A DNA stretch of 64,000 nt from Octopus sinensis (taxonomy: Eukaryota), in contig NC_042999.1 of assembly GCF_006345805.1 (NCBI RefSeq), positions 22,692,001 through 22,756,000 of the forward strand, given 5' to 3'. Each line of letters begins with the position of its first letter. The first letter of the stretch is position 1. Below the pieces are notes generated by a model. The model searched no databases, had not been told where the DNA came from, and was given only the letters and a program-made list of their open reading frames with translations. This document shows, piece by piece, positions 41,456 through 54,935 of the stretch. The position numbers and the translations under genes are program-made.

Positions 41456-42260
41456 CCTCTGCTGGTGACAAAGGGCCTCTATTTCAGAGTAAAAGGTAAA
41501 CTGTATGATGCATGCGTACGAACAGCCATGCTACATGGCAGTGAAATATGGGCCGTGACAGCTGAGGACATGCGTAAGCTCGCAAGGAATGAAGCCAGTA
41601 TGCTCCGTTGGATGTGTAATGTCAGTGTGCATACTCGAAAGTTGGACCTAAGAAGCATCAGATGTGATGTGCAAGAGAGACGACTGCGCTGGTGTGGACA
41701 TCTGGCGAGAATGGATGATCTGTGTGAAAAAGTGCCACACCCTAGCGGTTGAGGGAACCTGTGGAAGAGGTAGACCCAAAAAGACCTGGGATGAGGTGGT
41801 GAAGCACAACCTTCGAACATTAGGCCTCACCGAGGCAATGACTAGTGACCGAGACCTTTGGAAATACGCAGTGTGTGAGAAGATCCGGCAAGCCAAGTGA
41901 GACCATAACCCGTGGCCTATGCCAAGGGTGTAACCAGCCCACTTATGGTACCTTTCCTTCATTGGACACTGAACTCTGCTTGCGAAGACTTGTATAGGCT
42001 AGTGAAATCGAAATCAAATCAAATTCGCAAAATCGATGACTGGAACCCATGCCGGTGCCGCTTAACTAGCCTTCGTGCCGCTGGCACGTAAAAGCACTCA
42101 CTACACTCTCGGAGTGGTTGGCGTTAGGAAGGGCATCCAGCTGTAGAAACTCTGCCAGATCAGATTGGAGCCTGGTACAGCCATCTAGTTCACCAGGCCT
42201 CAGTGAAATCGTCCAACCCATGCTAGCATGGAAAGCGGAGTTAAACGATGATGATGACGA
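41456..42260 (+). mobile_element. RTE-clade LINE 3' fragment with (GAT)n tail
   Basis: KGKLYDACVRTAMLHGSEIWAV...EASMLRWMCNVS; GRGRPKKTWDEVVK...DRDLWKYAV; 3'UTR AGGAAGGGCATCCAGCTGTAGAAAC...AAACGATGATGATG. Confidence 0.9.
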
Positions 42261-42339
42261 TCTCATATCTCCTGCCTTTATATTTCATATATAATAATAA
42301 TAATAATGGTGGTGATGATGATGATGATGATGTGATGAT

Positions 42340-43285
42340 TTCAAATTTTTTTGCCTCAAGGGCAGCTTGGGGGAGGGGACAAAGTCGATTACAGCGACCC
42401 CAGTACGTAACTTGGACTTATTCAATCGATCCCGAAAGGATGAAAGGCAAAGTCGACCTCGGCAGAATTTGAACTCAGAACGTAAAGATGGATGAAGTAC
42501 CGCTAAGCATGTCCCCCGGCACGCTAACGATTCTGTCAGCTTGCCGCCTTTGTAATGATAATAATGATAATAATAATAATAATAAAAATAATAATAATTA
42601 AAAAAATATTCAGACAAATACATAACAAAAACACCAGGACTTACAAACACATATAACATACAGAAAATTGCACTACTAGGCACTGCACACATCCTACGCA
42701 GAACACTTTCCATACAATAACCATCAGAGCATCACAACAAATCACAGCACATACCTAAGGCACACAGAGCTGCGCTCGGTAGTGAAGTGAAAGCACGCTA
42801 TAAAAATAAAACTACTGAATAATAATAATAATAATGGTTTCAAATTTTACCACAAGGGCAGCAATTTGGGGGAGGGGTAAGTCGATTACATCGACCCCAT
42901 GTGCTTAACTGGTACTTAATTTATCGACCCCGTGATGATGAAAGGTAAAGGCGACCTCGGCGGAATTTGAACTCAGAACGTAGCGACGGGCGAAATACTG
43001 CTAAGCATTTCACCCGGCGTGCTAACTTTTCTGCTAGCTCGCCGCCTTTGTGATAATGATAATAATAACAATCCTTTCTATTATAGACACAAGGCCTGAA
43101 ATTTAGAGGTGGGTGGGACGAGTCGATTACATCGACTCCAGTGTTTCACTGGTACTTAATTTATCGAACGGGAAAGGATGAAAAGCAAATTCGACCTTGG
43201 CTGAATTTGAACTCAGAACGCAAAGATGGGCGAAATACCGCTAATCGTTGCGTCCAGCGTGCTACTGGTTTTGCTAGCTCACCGT
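42340..43285 (-). mobile_element. Three SINE-A copies
   Basis: Reverse-complement cores at ~42340-42550, 42828-43050 and 43065-43285. Confidence 0.8.
42599..42818 (+). mobile_element. R4/Dong family A short 3'-end copy in a (TAA)n SINE tail
   Basis: ...GGCACACAGAGCTGCGCTCGGTAGTGAAGTGAAAGCACGCTATAAAAATAAAACTACTG then (AAT)n. Confidence 0.92.
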
Positions 43286-43380
43286 CTTTGTACTACTACA
43301 ACTACTACTACTACTACTACTACTGCTACTACTACTACGATTCGGAACTTGTGGCAGTGCATGTTCGCAGGAAATCGGAA

Positions 43381-43790
<410 letters not shown>

Positions 43791-44040
43791 CGAGTTTATC
43801 GTCGCATCATGGCTTCCCACTCAGAAAACCATTCGAAAGATAAACGTTAAATAAAGATCCGTCGTTGCTAAATTTCTTCGCAACTCTGGATACGGCGTAA
43901 ATAATGACGAAGTCAACGATAGAAACGCAAAAGAGAGATGTGTCTGCTCCAACAATTCTTTAATTTCCCACTGGACTTTTCATAGCTATGAAAAGACTTC
44001 CGGCTATTCTTAAACGCTTGGAAAGCATTGAAGAAATGCG

Positions 44041-44069
44041 TACACACACGCACACACACGCACACACAA

Positions 44070-44103
<34 letters not shown>

Positions 44104-44294
44104 GCACACACACACGCACACAAACACACACACACACAACACACACACACACGCACACACAAAACACACACACACAGCACACAAACCACACACACACACA
44201 CACACACCACACACACACAACACACACACACGCAAACACAAACACACACACACACACACACACACACAACCACACACGCACACACACACGCACA

Positions 44295-44325
<31 letters not shown>

Positions 44326-44337
44326 CACACACACACA

Positions 44338-44368
<31 letters not shown>

Positions 44369-44667
44369 CGCACCACACAAACAAACACACACACGCACAC
44401 AAACACACACACACACAACACACACACACACCACAACGCACAAAACACACACACACCACACACACACACACAACACCACACGCACACACAAACACACACA
44501 CACACGCACACAAACACACACACACACACACACCACACACGCACACACAAACACACACACACACAAACACACACCACACACACACGCACACCAAACACAC
44601 ACACCACACACACACACCACACACACACACAACTCACACACAAACACACACACACAACGCACCCAAA

Positions 44668-44698
<31 letters not shown>

Positions 44699-45030
44699 CA
44701 CGCACCAACCAACACACACCACACACCACACAACACACACAACCACACACTACACACCACATCCACACACACAACAAACACACACACCACCCACCACACA
44801 CAACCACACACACACAAACACACACACCACACACACACACAACACACACACACACCCGCACACAAACACACACACACACAAACACACACAACCACACACC
44901 ACACCAAACACGACCACCACACACACCACACACACTCACACAAACACACACCCCACACACCCACACGTTCGTCAACACACACACACAGCACACCACGCAC
45001 ACACAAACATACACACGCACGCGCGCGCAT
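44041..45030. repeat. ~1 kb noisy (CA)n tract
   Basis: Direct reading; many irregular interruptions. Confidence 0.95.
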
Positions 45031-45044
45031 ATATACGTCTTTTT

Positions 45045-45960
45045 TATTCTATCTTTTACTTGTTGCAGTCATTTGACTGCGGCCATGCTGGAGCACCATC
45101 TCAAATGGTTTTAGTCGAACAAATCGACCATAGGACCTACTTTTTGTTTTTCTGGAAGCCCAATACTTATTCTATGAAACACTTTTGCAGAACCGGTAAG
45201 TCATGAGGACGTAAACACACCACCACCGGTTGTCAAATGGTGCTGGTGGGGACAAACAGACACAAAGACACGCACGCATAGACACACACACACACATGCA
45301 CACACATACACACACACACACACACACATACACACACACATATATACACACTACGGGTTTCAGTTTCCGTCTACCAAATCCACACACAGGACTTCGGTCG
45401 GCTCGAGGCAATGATAGAAGACACCTGCCCCGGGGGTGCAATGCAGTGGGCCTGAGCCAGGAACCATGGGGTTGGGAAGCAAGCTCCTTGCCACACAACC
45501 ATACCTACACACACACACACATAAACACACACACACACACACACATACACACATATATATATATATATATACACACACTACGGGTTTCAGTTTCCGTCTA
45601 CCAAATCCACACACAGGGCTTCAGTCAGCCCGAGGTAATGATAGAAAACACCTGTCCAAGGGGTACGATGCAGTGGGCCTGAGCCAGGAACCATGGGGTT
45701 GGGAAGCAAGCTCCTTGCCACACAACCATACCTACACACACACACACACATAAACACACACATGCACATGCATATATAACAAGTACATGTATACATTGTA
45801 CAAATATGCATATATATATATAGAAGGAAGAGCGTGGAAATCGTCGCCAGACTATATTTCTTCCTGACGGTTGACAAATGGTGGTCGGGGGACTGACCCC
45901 AGAACCATGTGGTTGGGAAACAAAACCTCTTACAATGCAGCTACGTCTGCGCCTAAATAT
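45045..45960 (-). mobile_element. SINE-B with ~230 bp tandem duplication of its 5' half
   Basis: CTACGGGTTTCAGTTTCCGTCTACCAAATCC...CCATACCTAC at ~45350 and ~45578. Confidence 0.8.
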
Positions 45961-46020
45961 TAGCTGTTTTTAGATGCTGCCTGTAAAAAGCCGGTATCCC
46001 CTCTCCCGGTATCCTCTCAA

Positions 46021-49000
46021 GGCGGCGAGCTGGCAGAAACGTTAGCACGCCGGATGAAATGCTTAGCGGGATTTCGTCTGTCGTTACGTTATGAGTTCAA
46101 ATTCCGCCGACGTTGACTTTGCCTTTCATCCTTTCGGGGTCGATAAAATTAAGTACCAGTTCCGCACTGGGGTCGATGTAATCGACTTAATACCTATGTC
46201 TGTCCTTGTTTGTCCCCTCTGTGTTTAGCCCCTTGTGGGTAGTAAAGAAATAGGTATCCTCTCTCCCGGTGATGATTTATTTCATTATATCGACAAAAAC
46301 ACCGCGGAACCGCCGGAAGCAAGTACCAGATCAATGATATCTATGGAATTTTAACATACAATATCAGTGATTAGATCATTACAACTGCTTAACGGGAAAG
46401 ACAATGCTATCGAAGCAATAACACTATGAAGAAACAAAGAATTATTGTCCAAATTGTATTAAACAGTGATTAGCAGTATTATTGATTCTTGAGGTCAGGA
46501 AATAAACGCCACAGCATAATAAATGCTTGATGTAGAATTTAAATGTATCAATCAAGATCGACAGTTGAGTGTCGTTAGAAAGGTCATTCCAATGTCTTCG
46601 AGTGCAATAAGAGACAGCCCAATTGCCAAATCTCTTGCTGGAAATTACGTTATGTGGAGAGATAATGCGATAAGAATATTTCGTACAATAGAAGGCTAAC
46701 AACTGCAACAGAAATCAGGCCGCCGAGAGAAGAATTTGTAAGTCAATTGCAGAGTTTTGAATATTATCCTTTGATCAATACTAATTCCATTGAGAAAGGA
46801 GATAAATACGGCAAGAAGAGAAAGCAGCAAACTGAATACTTTCCAAATGATTCGCTTCCTTCTGAGTGCTAATTTCATATCACGCAAGATTCGACTTCGC
46901 CTATCATTCCTTCGGGAATTAAATAATAAAATACTGTAATCAACGAATTCCTCATTTTCTTGAGAAAAAAAAAATTAGCTTCATAATTATAATTATTAGG
47001 AAGAAATCACTATTAAGTTATTTTTATTTTGCATAGCTAATGTAAAACACAATCTGAATAGAATGTGCCAAACTGATTCTTTAATCTGCGGATGAAATCA
47101 AACAAAGAACTGCTCATATACAATATAGAACTAATTAAAGAGTAGGAACAAGAAAGCTACGAAATTATGATAAGAATCTGTGAATGCTTCAGGCTTTTTC
47201 GTTCACTGTTTGTTTACCTTGTTTAGTTTTTGTTTTTTGGTGTTGTTTTGTTCTGAGACAGAGCTAGCAAATGCAACAAAATTCCATTGACGTGTTCATT
47301 GAAATTAATTCCATTCTTATATTGATTTTCTTACATAATATTCATGGAAATTAATAAAGGATCTTAATAGAGTAGCGTAGCAATTTTTAACTAACATTTT
47401 ATCAGATTTGTTTAAAAGGTTGTCATAGAATTTCAAAGAGCTTTTAAAAGATTTCTTTTCCCAGATAATATTGTTAAGTATGATTAGGTCAGACACCATC
47501 AGTATTAATGGAACGCACATTATTCAATTATAAGGCACGACAAATGCACAATATATTTCTGTATGTCTATCTTGACTGTCGTCTTTTATTAAAACAAGCG
47601 TGGAACATTATTGCAAATTTCTGAAATGAATTCAAATCATGGGGGATCATTTGTGTCTCATTTACTTACCCTGACCTTCTTAACGACCACCAAAAATTCA
47701 AACCTTGTTGCGGTATGGTGGCGAGCTGGCAGAAACGTTAGCACGCCGGGCGAAATGCTTAGCGGTATTTCGTCTGCGTTACGTTGTGAGTTCAAATTCG
47801 CGAGGTCGACTTTGCCTTTCATCCTTTCGGGGTCGATAAATTAGTACCAGTTACGAACTGGGGTCGATGTAATCGACTTAATACCTATGTCTGTCCTTGT
47901 TTGTTCCCTCTGTGTTTAGCCCCCCTTGTGGTAGTAAAGAAATAGGTATCCTCTCTCCCGGTGATGATTTATTTCATTATATCGCCAAAAACCCCGCGGA
48001 ACCGCCGGAAGCAATACCAAATCAATGATATCTATGGAATTTTAACATACATATCAGTGATTAGATCATTACAACTGCTTAACGGGAAAGACAATGCTAT
48101 CGAAGCAATAACACTATGAAGAAACAAAGAATTATTGTCCAAATTGTATTAAACAGTGATTAGCAGTATTATTGATTCTTGAGGTCAGGAATAACGCACA
48201 ACAGCATAATAAATGCTTGATGTGAATTTAAATGTATCAATCAAGATCGACAGTTGAGTGTCGTTAGAAAGGTCATTCCAATGTCTTCGAGTGCAATAAG
48301 AGACAGCCCAATTGCCAAATCTCTTGCTGGAATTACGTTATTTGGAGAGATAATGCGATAAGAATATTCGTACAATAGAAGGCTAACAACTGCAACAGAA
48401 ATCAGGCCGCCGAGAGAAGAATTTGTAAGTCAATTGCAGAGTTTTGAATATTATCCTTTGATCAATACTAATTCCATTGAGAAAGGAGATAATACGGCAA
48501 GAAGAGAAAGCAGCAAACTGAATACTTTCCAAATGATTCGCTTCCTTCTGAGTGCTAATTTCATATCACGCAAGATTCGACTTCGCCTATCATTCCTTCG
48601 GGAATTAAATAATAAAATACTGTAATCAACGAATTCCTCATTTTCTTGAGAAAAAAAAAATTAGCTTCATAATTATAATTATTAGGAAGAAATCACTATT
48701 AAGTTATTTTTATTTTGCATAGCTAATGTAAAACACAATCTGAATAGAATGTGCCAAACTGATTCTTTAATCTGCGGATGAAATCAAACAAAGAACTGCT
48801 CATATACAATATAGAACTAATTAAAGAAGTGAACAAGCAAGCTACGAAATTATGATAAGAATCTGTGAATGCTTCAGGCTTTTTCGTTCACTGTTTGTTT
48901 ACCTTGTTTAGTTTTTGTTTTTTGGTGTTGTTTTGTTCTGAGACAGAGTAGCAAATGCAACAAAATTCCATTGACGTGTTCATTGAAATTAATTCCATTC

Positions 49001-49630
49001 TTATATTGATTTTCTTACATAATATTCATGGAAATTAATAAAGGATCTTATAGAGTAGCGTAGCAATTTTAACTAACATTTTATCAGATTTGTTTAAAAG
49101 GTTGTCATAGAATTTCAAAGAGCTTTTAAAAGATTCTTTTCCCAGATAATATTGTTAAGTATGATTAGGTCAGACACCATCAGTTATTAATGGAACGCAC
49201 ATTATTCAATTATAAGGCACGACAAATGCACAATATATTTCTGTATGTCTATCTTGACTGTCGTCTTTTATTAAAACAAGCGTGGAACATTATTGCAAAT
49301 TCTGAAATGATTCAAATCATGGGGGATAATTTGTGTCTCATTTCTTACCCTGACCTTCTTAACGACCACCAAAAATCAAACCTTGTTGCGGTATGGTGGC
49401 GAGCTGGCAGAAACGATTAGCACGCCGGGCGAAATGCTTAGCGGTATTTCGTCTGCGTTACGTTGTGAGTTCAAATTCCGCCGAGGTCGACTTTGCCTTT
49501 CATCCTTTCGGGGTCGATAAATTAAGTACCAGTTACGAACTGGGGTCGATGTAATCAACTTAATACCTATGTCTGTCCTTGTTTGTTCCCTCTGTGTTTA
49601 GCCCCTTGTGGGTAATAAAGAAATAGGTAT
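46021..49630. repeat. ~1.69 kb tandem duplication bounded by three SINE-A copies
   Basis: SINE-A at 46021-46258, 47716-47950 and 49393-49630; intervening 46259-47715 and 47951-49392 are near-identical apart from small indels. Confidence 0.9.
46400..46945 (-). pseudogene. Degenerate L2-like LINE C-terminal fragment (duplicated at ~48090-48630)
   Basis: SIDQRIIFKTLQLTYK and SKRFGNWAVSYCTRRHWNDL...LIDTFK resemble L2 WLPI..RI.FK and FG.RAFS....WN.L motifs. Confidence 0.6.
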
Positions 49631-49650
49631 GGTGGCTTGTGATCCTCAAT

Positions 49651-49741
49651 GATCCCGAGAGCTATACCAGCGGAGTGCGAGCTCCTGGTAGGGCTTTCCA
49701 TATTGAACAGATCAACGGATAGGGGCCAGACTAATATGGAA
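49651..49741 (+). ncRNA. Candidate degenerate HDV-like ribozyme in an RTE-type 5' end
   Basis: P2 TTCCATA(49696-49702)/TATGGAA(49735-49741), P3 TTG/CAA with 7 nt loop, CTAA directly before P2', imperfect P1 GATCCCG/CGGAT, hairpin insert in J1/2. Confidence 0.4.
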
Positions 49742-49926
49742 CATCTCCAAACAGAAGTAAAAATGGATTTGGGTAAGTTCAACATCTCTGCCTAGACAAA
49801 AAAAGGAAGCAAAGTTACTGAAGCATCGATGACAATTCAAAACCAAAAACAGAGAGAGAAACACATGAGGGAAACATATGTTTCCCTCAGAGAAACATAT
49901 GAGGCAAAACTTAAATAGCGGAGCCA

Positions 49927-50530
49927 AAGCGGTGAGCTGACAGAAACGTTAGCACGCCGGGCGAAATGCTTAGCGGTATTTCGTCTGTCTTTACGTTCTG
50001 AGTTTAAAATCCGCCGGGGTTCACTTTGCCTTTCATCCATTCGGGGTCGATAAATTAAGTACCAGTTACGCACTGGGGTCGATGTAATCGACTTAATACC
50101 TATGTCTGTCCTTGTTTGTCCTCTCTATGTTTAGCCCCTTGTGGGTAGTAAAGAAATAGGTATTTCGTCTGCCGCTACGTTCTCACTTCAAATTCCGCCG
50201 AGGTCGACTTTGCCTTTCATCCTTTCGTGCTCGATTAAATAAGTACCAGTTACGCACTGGGGTCGAGATAATCGACTCAATCCGTTTGTCTGTCCTTGTT
50301 TGTCCCCTCTGTATGTAGCCCCCTGCGGGCAGTAAAGAAGTAAGAAACGTTAGCAAGCCGGGTGAAATGCTCAGCGGTATTTCGCCTGTCTTTACGTTCT
50401 GAGTTCAAATTCCGCCGGGGTCTACTATCAGGGTCGATAAATTAAGTACCAGTTGCATACTGGGGTGGATCTAATCGACTGGACCCCTCCCACCAAATTT
50501 CGGGCCTTGTGCCTAGAGTAGAAAAGAATA
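49927..50530 (+). mobile_element. SINE-A multimer
   Basis: Three successive SINE-A units. Confidence 0.85.
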
Positions 50531-50779
50531 TCTCAGGGGAGCCTTCTGCGTTAAAAAATATCAACATAGTAAAGTCTAAAATATGTAAAACAGTGAGTCA
50601 TACAGCTTAGATATTTAATTAAATAATAGATCTTCGTAATAAATCTCATCTCTTAAGCAATGTCTTCATGTTAGCTATATATTCCGTTCAGAATCGAAAA
50701 CATATAATGAAAAACTTTAATTAAATATTTCGACCTAATTAAGTTTCTTAAATGAAACATCTTAGAATATATTACCTCC

Positions 50780-51340
50780 GTTGCTATGGTTATGGTTGTT
50801 ACTGCCATCGTGGTGATCGTAGTTTTTGTTGTTGCTATGGCCATTTTTGTTGATGATATGATGGTTGCTATCGTTATTACTGTTTTTAAAGATATCGTTA
50901 TTCCTGTTGCTATATTTCTTGTTGCTGCCGTTGTTACTATACAAGTCGTTGCTATAGTTACTGTTGTTTGTAGTCATTTTTGTTATTGCTATAATTCTTG
51001 CTGCTACTATTACTGTTGTTGGTTGTTTATATAACATCTGTTGTTGCTGTAGTTATTATTGCTATTTCTGTCACTTCTGTTGCTATTGTTGGTTGTTGCA
51101 ATAACACTTGTTGTTGCCGTAGTTAATGTTACTGTTGCTATTGTTTCTACATCTTTTCTTGTTGCTATAGTTATTATTAGTGTTATAGTAACTGTTGCTA
51201 TTGCTACAATTACTGTTCTTGTTGCTATAGTTATTGTCGGTCTTATGATTATTGTTGTCGTAACAATAGTTGCTGTTGTAGTCATTGCTGTTCTTGTCTG
51301 ATATTGTTGTTGTTGCTATTATTACTGTTGTTGCTAATCC
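50780..51340. repeat. Degenerate (GTT/GCT/ATT) triplet tract
   Basis: Direct reading. Confidence 0.8.
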
Positions 51341-51859
51341 CTCGAATTTTTGGCCTTGTGCCCAGAGTAGAATAAAAATTAATCTGGTATACCAAACATT
51401 TTCAAAATTAGGTATTTAGGATGGCAAAGTTTCAAAGCTTTCGCCTGTTACAAATACAAAAAAGTATATATTTGTTAAAAAATTGATCAACTCCAGTCCC
51501 CACATTTCAGAGGAACGGTGTTAATCAATTAATTTAGTTAATGAATGAATGATGAATGAATGAATGAATGGAAAAATAAATAAATAAATAATTGAACGAA
51601 ATTATTTCTTTAAGAGAACGAATAAGAAATTACAATGAAATTTCATTTAAAAAAGTGTTAAGGTCTTTTTTTGATTTTTTTTTGCTCATAATTATTATTT
51701 CGTGAAGAATTAAGATATTCTGTAATTAGTGTTTCTAACGACAGATGTAGCGACAGAATGCAGGGAAATGTGGATAGATAATATAGTGGTGTGTATCTGT
51801 ATACATAGAGAGAAGGAGAGATAAGTAGGGAGATTGCTAGATAGGTAAATAGACTGACA

Positions 51860-51860
51860 A

Positions 51861-51907
<47 letters not shown>

Positions 51908-51968
51908 CACAGACAGACAGAACGATAGACAGACAGATAGATAGACAGATAGATAAATAGAAAGATAA

Positions 51969-52020
<52 letters not shown>

Positions 52021-52032
52021 ATGTAAATATAA

Positions 52033-52081
<49 letters not shown>

Positions 52082-52140
52082 CAGACAGACATAGGCAGAT
52101 AGATAAATAGAAAGACAAATAGATTGATAGATAGAAAGAC
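51860..52140. repeat. (GATA)n microsatellite
   Basis: Direct reading. Confidence 0.95.
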
Positions 52141-52535
52141 AGACAGCCAGATACATAGATATACACATACGCACGCATACATACACGCACGCACACACAC
52201 AAACACAACATACATATATAACATACATACATACATACATTCACACCCAGACAAACTATCTCTCTTGATGTTGTATCTTGTGTAGGTTTGTATGTGTGAA
52301 TGAACTTATGTAAGTACATGTATGTATCTATCTATACACATATATATGTGCGTGCATGTGTATTTGTGTGTGTGTGTGTGTGTGTGTGTGATACAAAACT
52401 CTGTCGCAGGGGACTTATCCTAACGAGAAGATTTCAATATTCATCTAATCCCTTAGAACTAACGAATCGTTCGTTAAGGAGCAGCGATTTGCCCTTGTCT
52501 AGCAGCTCCTATTTACAATTGCTATATTTCACTGA

Positions 52536-52930
52536 GACGGCGAGCTGGCAGAAACGCTAGCGTGCCGGGCGAAATGCTTAGCGGTATTTCGTCTGCGTTA
52601 CGTTGTGAGTTCAAATTCCGCCGAGGTCGACTTTGCCTTTCATCCTTTCGGGGTCGATAAATTAATACCAGTTACGCATGGAGTCGATGTAATCGACTTA
52701 ATACCTATGTCTGTCCTGTTTGTCCCCTCTGTGTTAGCCCCTTGTGGGTAATTAAGAAATAGGTATTTCGTCTGTCGTAATTCTGCCGAGGTCGACTTTG
52801 CCTTTCATCCTTTCGGGGTCGATAAATTAAGTACCAGTTTCGCACTGGGGTCGATGTAATCGACTTAATCCTTTTGTCTGTCCTTGTTTGTCTCCTCTAT
52901 GTTTAGCCCCTTGTGGGTAGTAAAGAAATA
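52536..52930 (+). mobile_element. SINE-A dimer
   Basis: Two units joined at GAAATAGGTATTTCGTCTG. Confidence 0.85.
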
Positions 52931-53459
52931 TATATTTCACTGAGACATTTGAAAATTAAACAATAAACATCTTAATAAAAAGCAAACTCATCATCGATGA
53001 CAAGGTACGAACCATCGACGTATCGAATGCCTAGCTGTGCTTTACCCCATCGATTAATACACAAATACTTGTTCGGGTCTCTTAAAGTTTGGCATACTTC
53101 TAGTAAAACAAAAAATCCAACCTTTCTCTGCTCGTATTCCAATCGACATTTCTCTAAATAAATTCACCAATAATAGTCGACAGGTGACAACAAGAATTAA
53201 GTTGTAATTAATAGAAATAAAACCAAAGATTCGTTAATGCCCCAGTGATCAGTTAACAAAAATAGCCATAAAGAAATGTTACTTGGTCGAGAGATTGAAA
53301 GGAAATTGTTAGTTGACGAAAATAGCAACTACACTATGTAAGTCTGATTCCAAACATAACTCTAGAAGGTTCCATTTCATTGGATTTTGTTTTAAATTAT
53401 TTCAGCTTCATCGTTTTCGCTTTCTCTCTTGAATATCGATTTCTCATTTCTTACGCCAA

Positions 53460-54550
53460 GTCACTGCAATTATTCGTATCGATAGCAGTACCAATGCATC
53501 AACCGATAGATCAATGTTTCGTATCTTGTCATCAGTTCTGCCTCGTAATTCATCGGTAAGATAAGACAGTTCTTACTGACCTAATCCGAGCCAAATTCTA
53601 AATAAATACAACAGAATAACTTAATTTCTTCGCTAGAAGTACCGCAATTTTTCATGTCGATAGCAGCACGAATGAATCAATCGATAGATCACTGGTTCGT
53701 ATCTCATCATCTGTACTGCTTCGTAATTCATAAGAAAGATAAGATATTTTGTTCGTAGTTGTCTAATCCGCGCCTAATCTTTATATATAAAAGTCAAGTT
53801 GTGTGTCTGTCTCCTACGATTTAGATTCCTAACTACTCCCACATTTTGCGGTGCAGTGTAACCAAAAGCGGGTATCTTATAGTCGTGATTCATATCGAGC
53901 CCTTCTGGGTATTAGCGCGCGTCTACGATGAGTCTACGATTTTAAAAATAATTTACCATCATTTTTTCCATTTTAATGCATTTTTTCGCTATTATATAAG
54001 GGAAGTAACTCTCTAAAAATGTCTATGATGAGTCAACGATTTTTTTTTCCATTTTTAATGCATTTTTTTTTGCTATTTTTGGGCTATAACTCTCTAAAAA
54101 TGCTTATATAGTTATTTCCCTTACAAACCCGAGCAACGCCGGGCGATACTGCTAGTTCTAAATAAATGCGATAGAATGGTCTAAATTCCTTTCTAGAAGT
54201 ACTGCAAAGCACCAGTTACTCAAACGAGAAGTAGATGCTTCTGGTCTTGGCATCACTGCTGTTTCATAATCCATAGACACGATAAGATATTTGGTTGCTA
54301 ATGGTCTAATCCGTACCTAATTCTAAATAAATACAGGAGAGTCATTTAATTTCTTCCCTTAGAAGCACTGCAATAGTTCGTGTCGGTAAAATCACCAGTG
54401 AATCAGTCGATAGATCTATGTTTTGTAACTTCGTCAGTGCTGTTTCGTAATTCATAAACAAAATCATGTTCCTAATAGTCTAATCTCAGCGCTCTAATTC
54501 CAACTAAATACGACTGGATTGTTTAATTTCCTGATTAGAAGTAATAGCAA
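53460..54550. repeat. Diverged ~180 bp tandem repeat x4 interrupted by a Helitron
   Basis: Recurring CTGCAA...GATAGATC...TCGTAATTCAT...CTAATCCG...AATTCTAAATAAATAC...TAGAAG units. Confidence 0.75.
53778..54155 (+). mobile_element. Non-autonomous Helitron-type element
   Basis: 5' TC(TTTATATATAAAA), subterminal hairpin CCCGAGCAACGCCGGG, 3' CTAG, inserted between A and T with no TSD. Confidence 0.88.
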
Positions 54551-54774
54551 AACTACAAAAATCTACGAGCACTTTGACGACTTGCAATGGAGTGAGTCCT
54601 GATTGGAAGAAGAAGAAGAAGAAGAAGAAGAAAAAAAAAATGTGATCTGCGACAGATTAGCTTCCTAGATAAACGCACGCACAGTAAAATATTTCATGAG
54701 CATAAAATAGTAGTGAATGTTTAAAGCATAAATGCTATGATGGACCGAGAAAGTAAGTCCTTGAAAGGAAATAA

Positions 54775-54935
54775 CAGTTTCAGATTTTAGCACAGGGCCA
54801 GAAATTTTAGGGGTTGGGTATTGTCGATGAAAGGCAAATTCGACCTTGACGGCGTTTGAACTGAGAACGCAAAGAGCCAGATAAAATGCCGCTAAGTATT
54901 TTGTCTGACGCGCTAACGATTCTGCCAGCTCGACG
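54775..54935 (-). mobile_element. SINE-A degenerate copy
   Basis: Reverse-complement head and core. Confidence 0.7.

Noticed and set aside
53505-53545. CTGATGA-CAAGATAC-GAAAC on the minus strand of the 180 bp repeat
   Set aside because: Stem II cannot pair, the cleavage triplet is absent in this unit, and sister units do not conserve the core.
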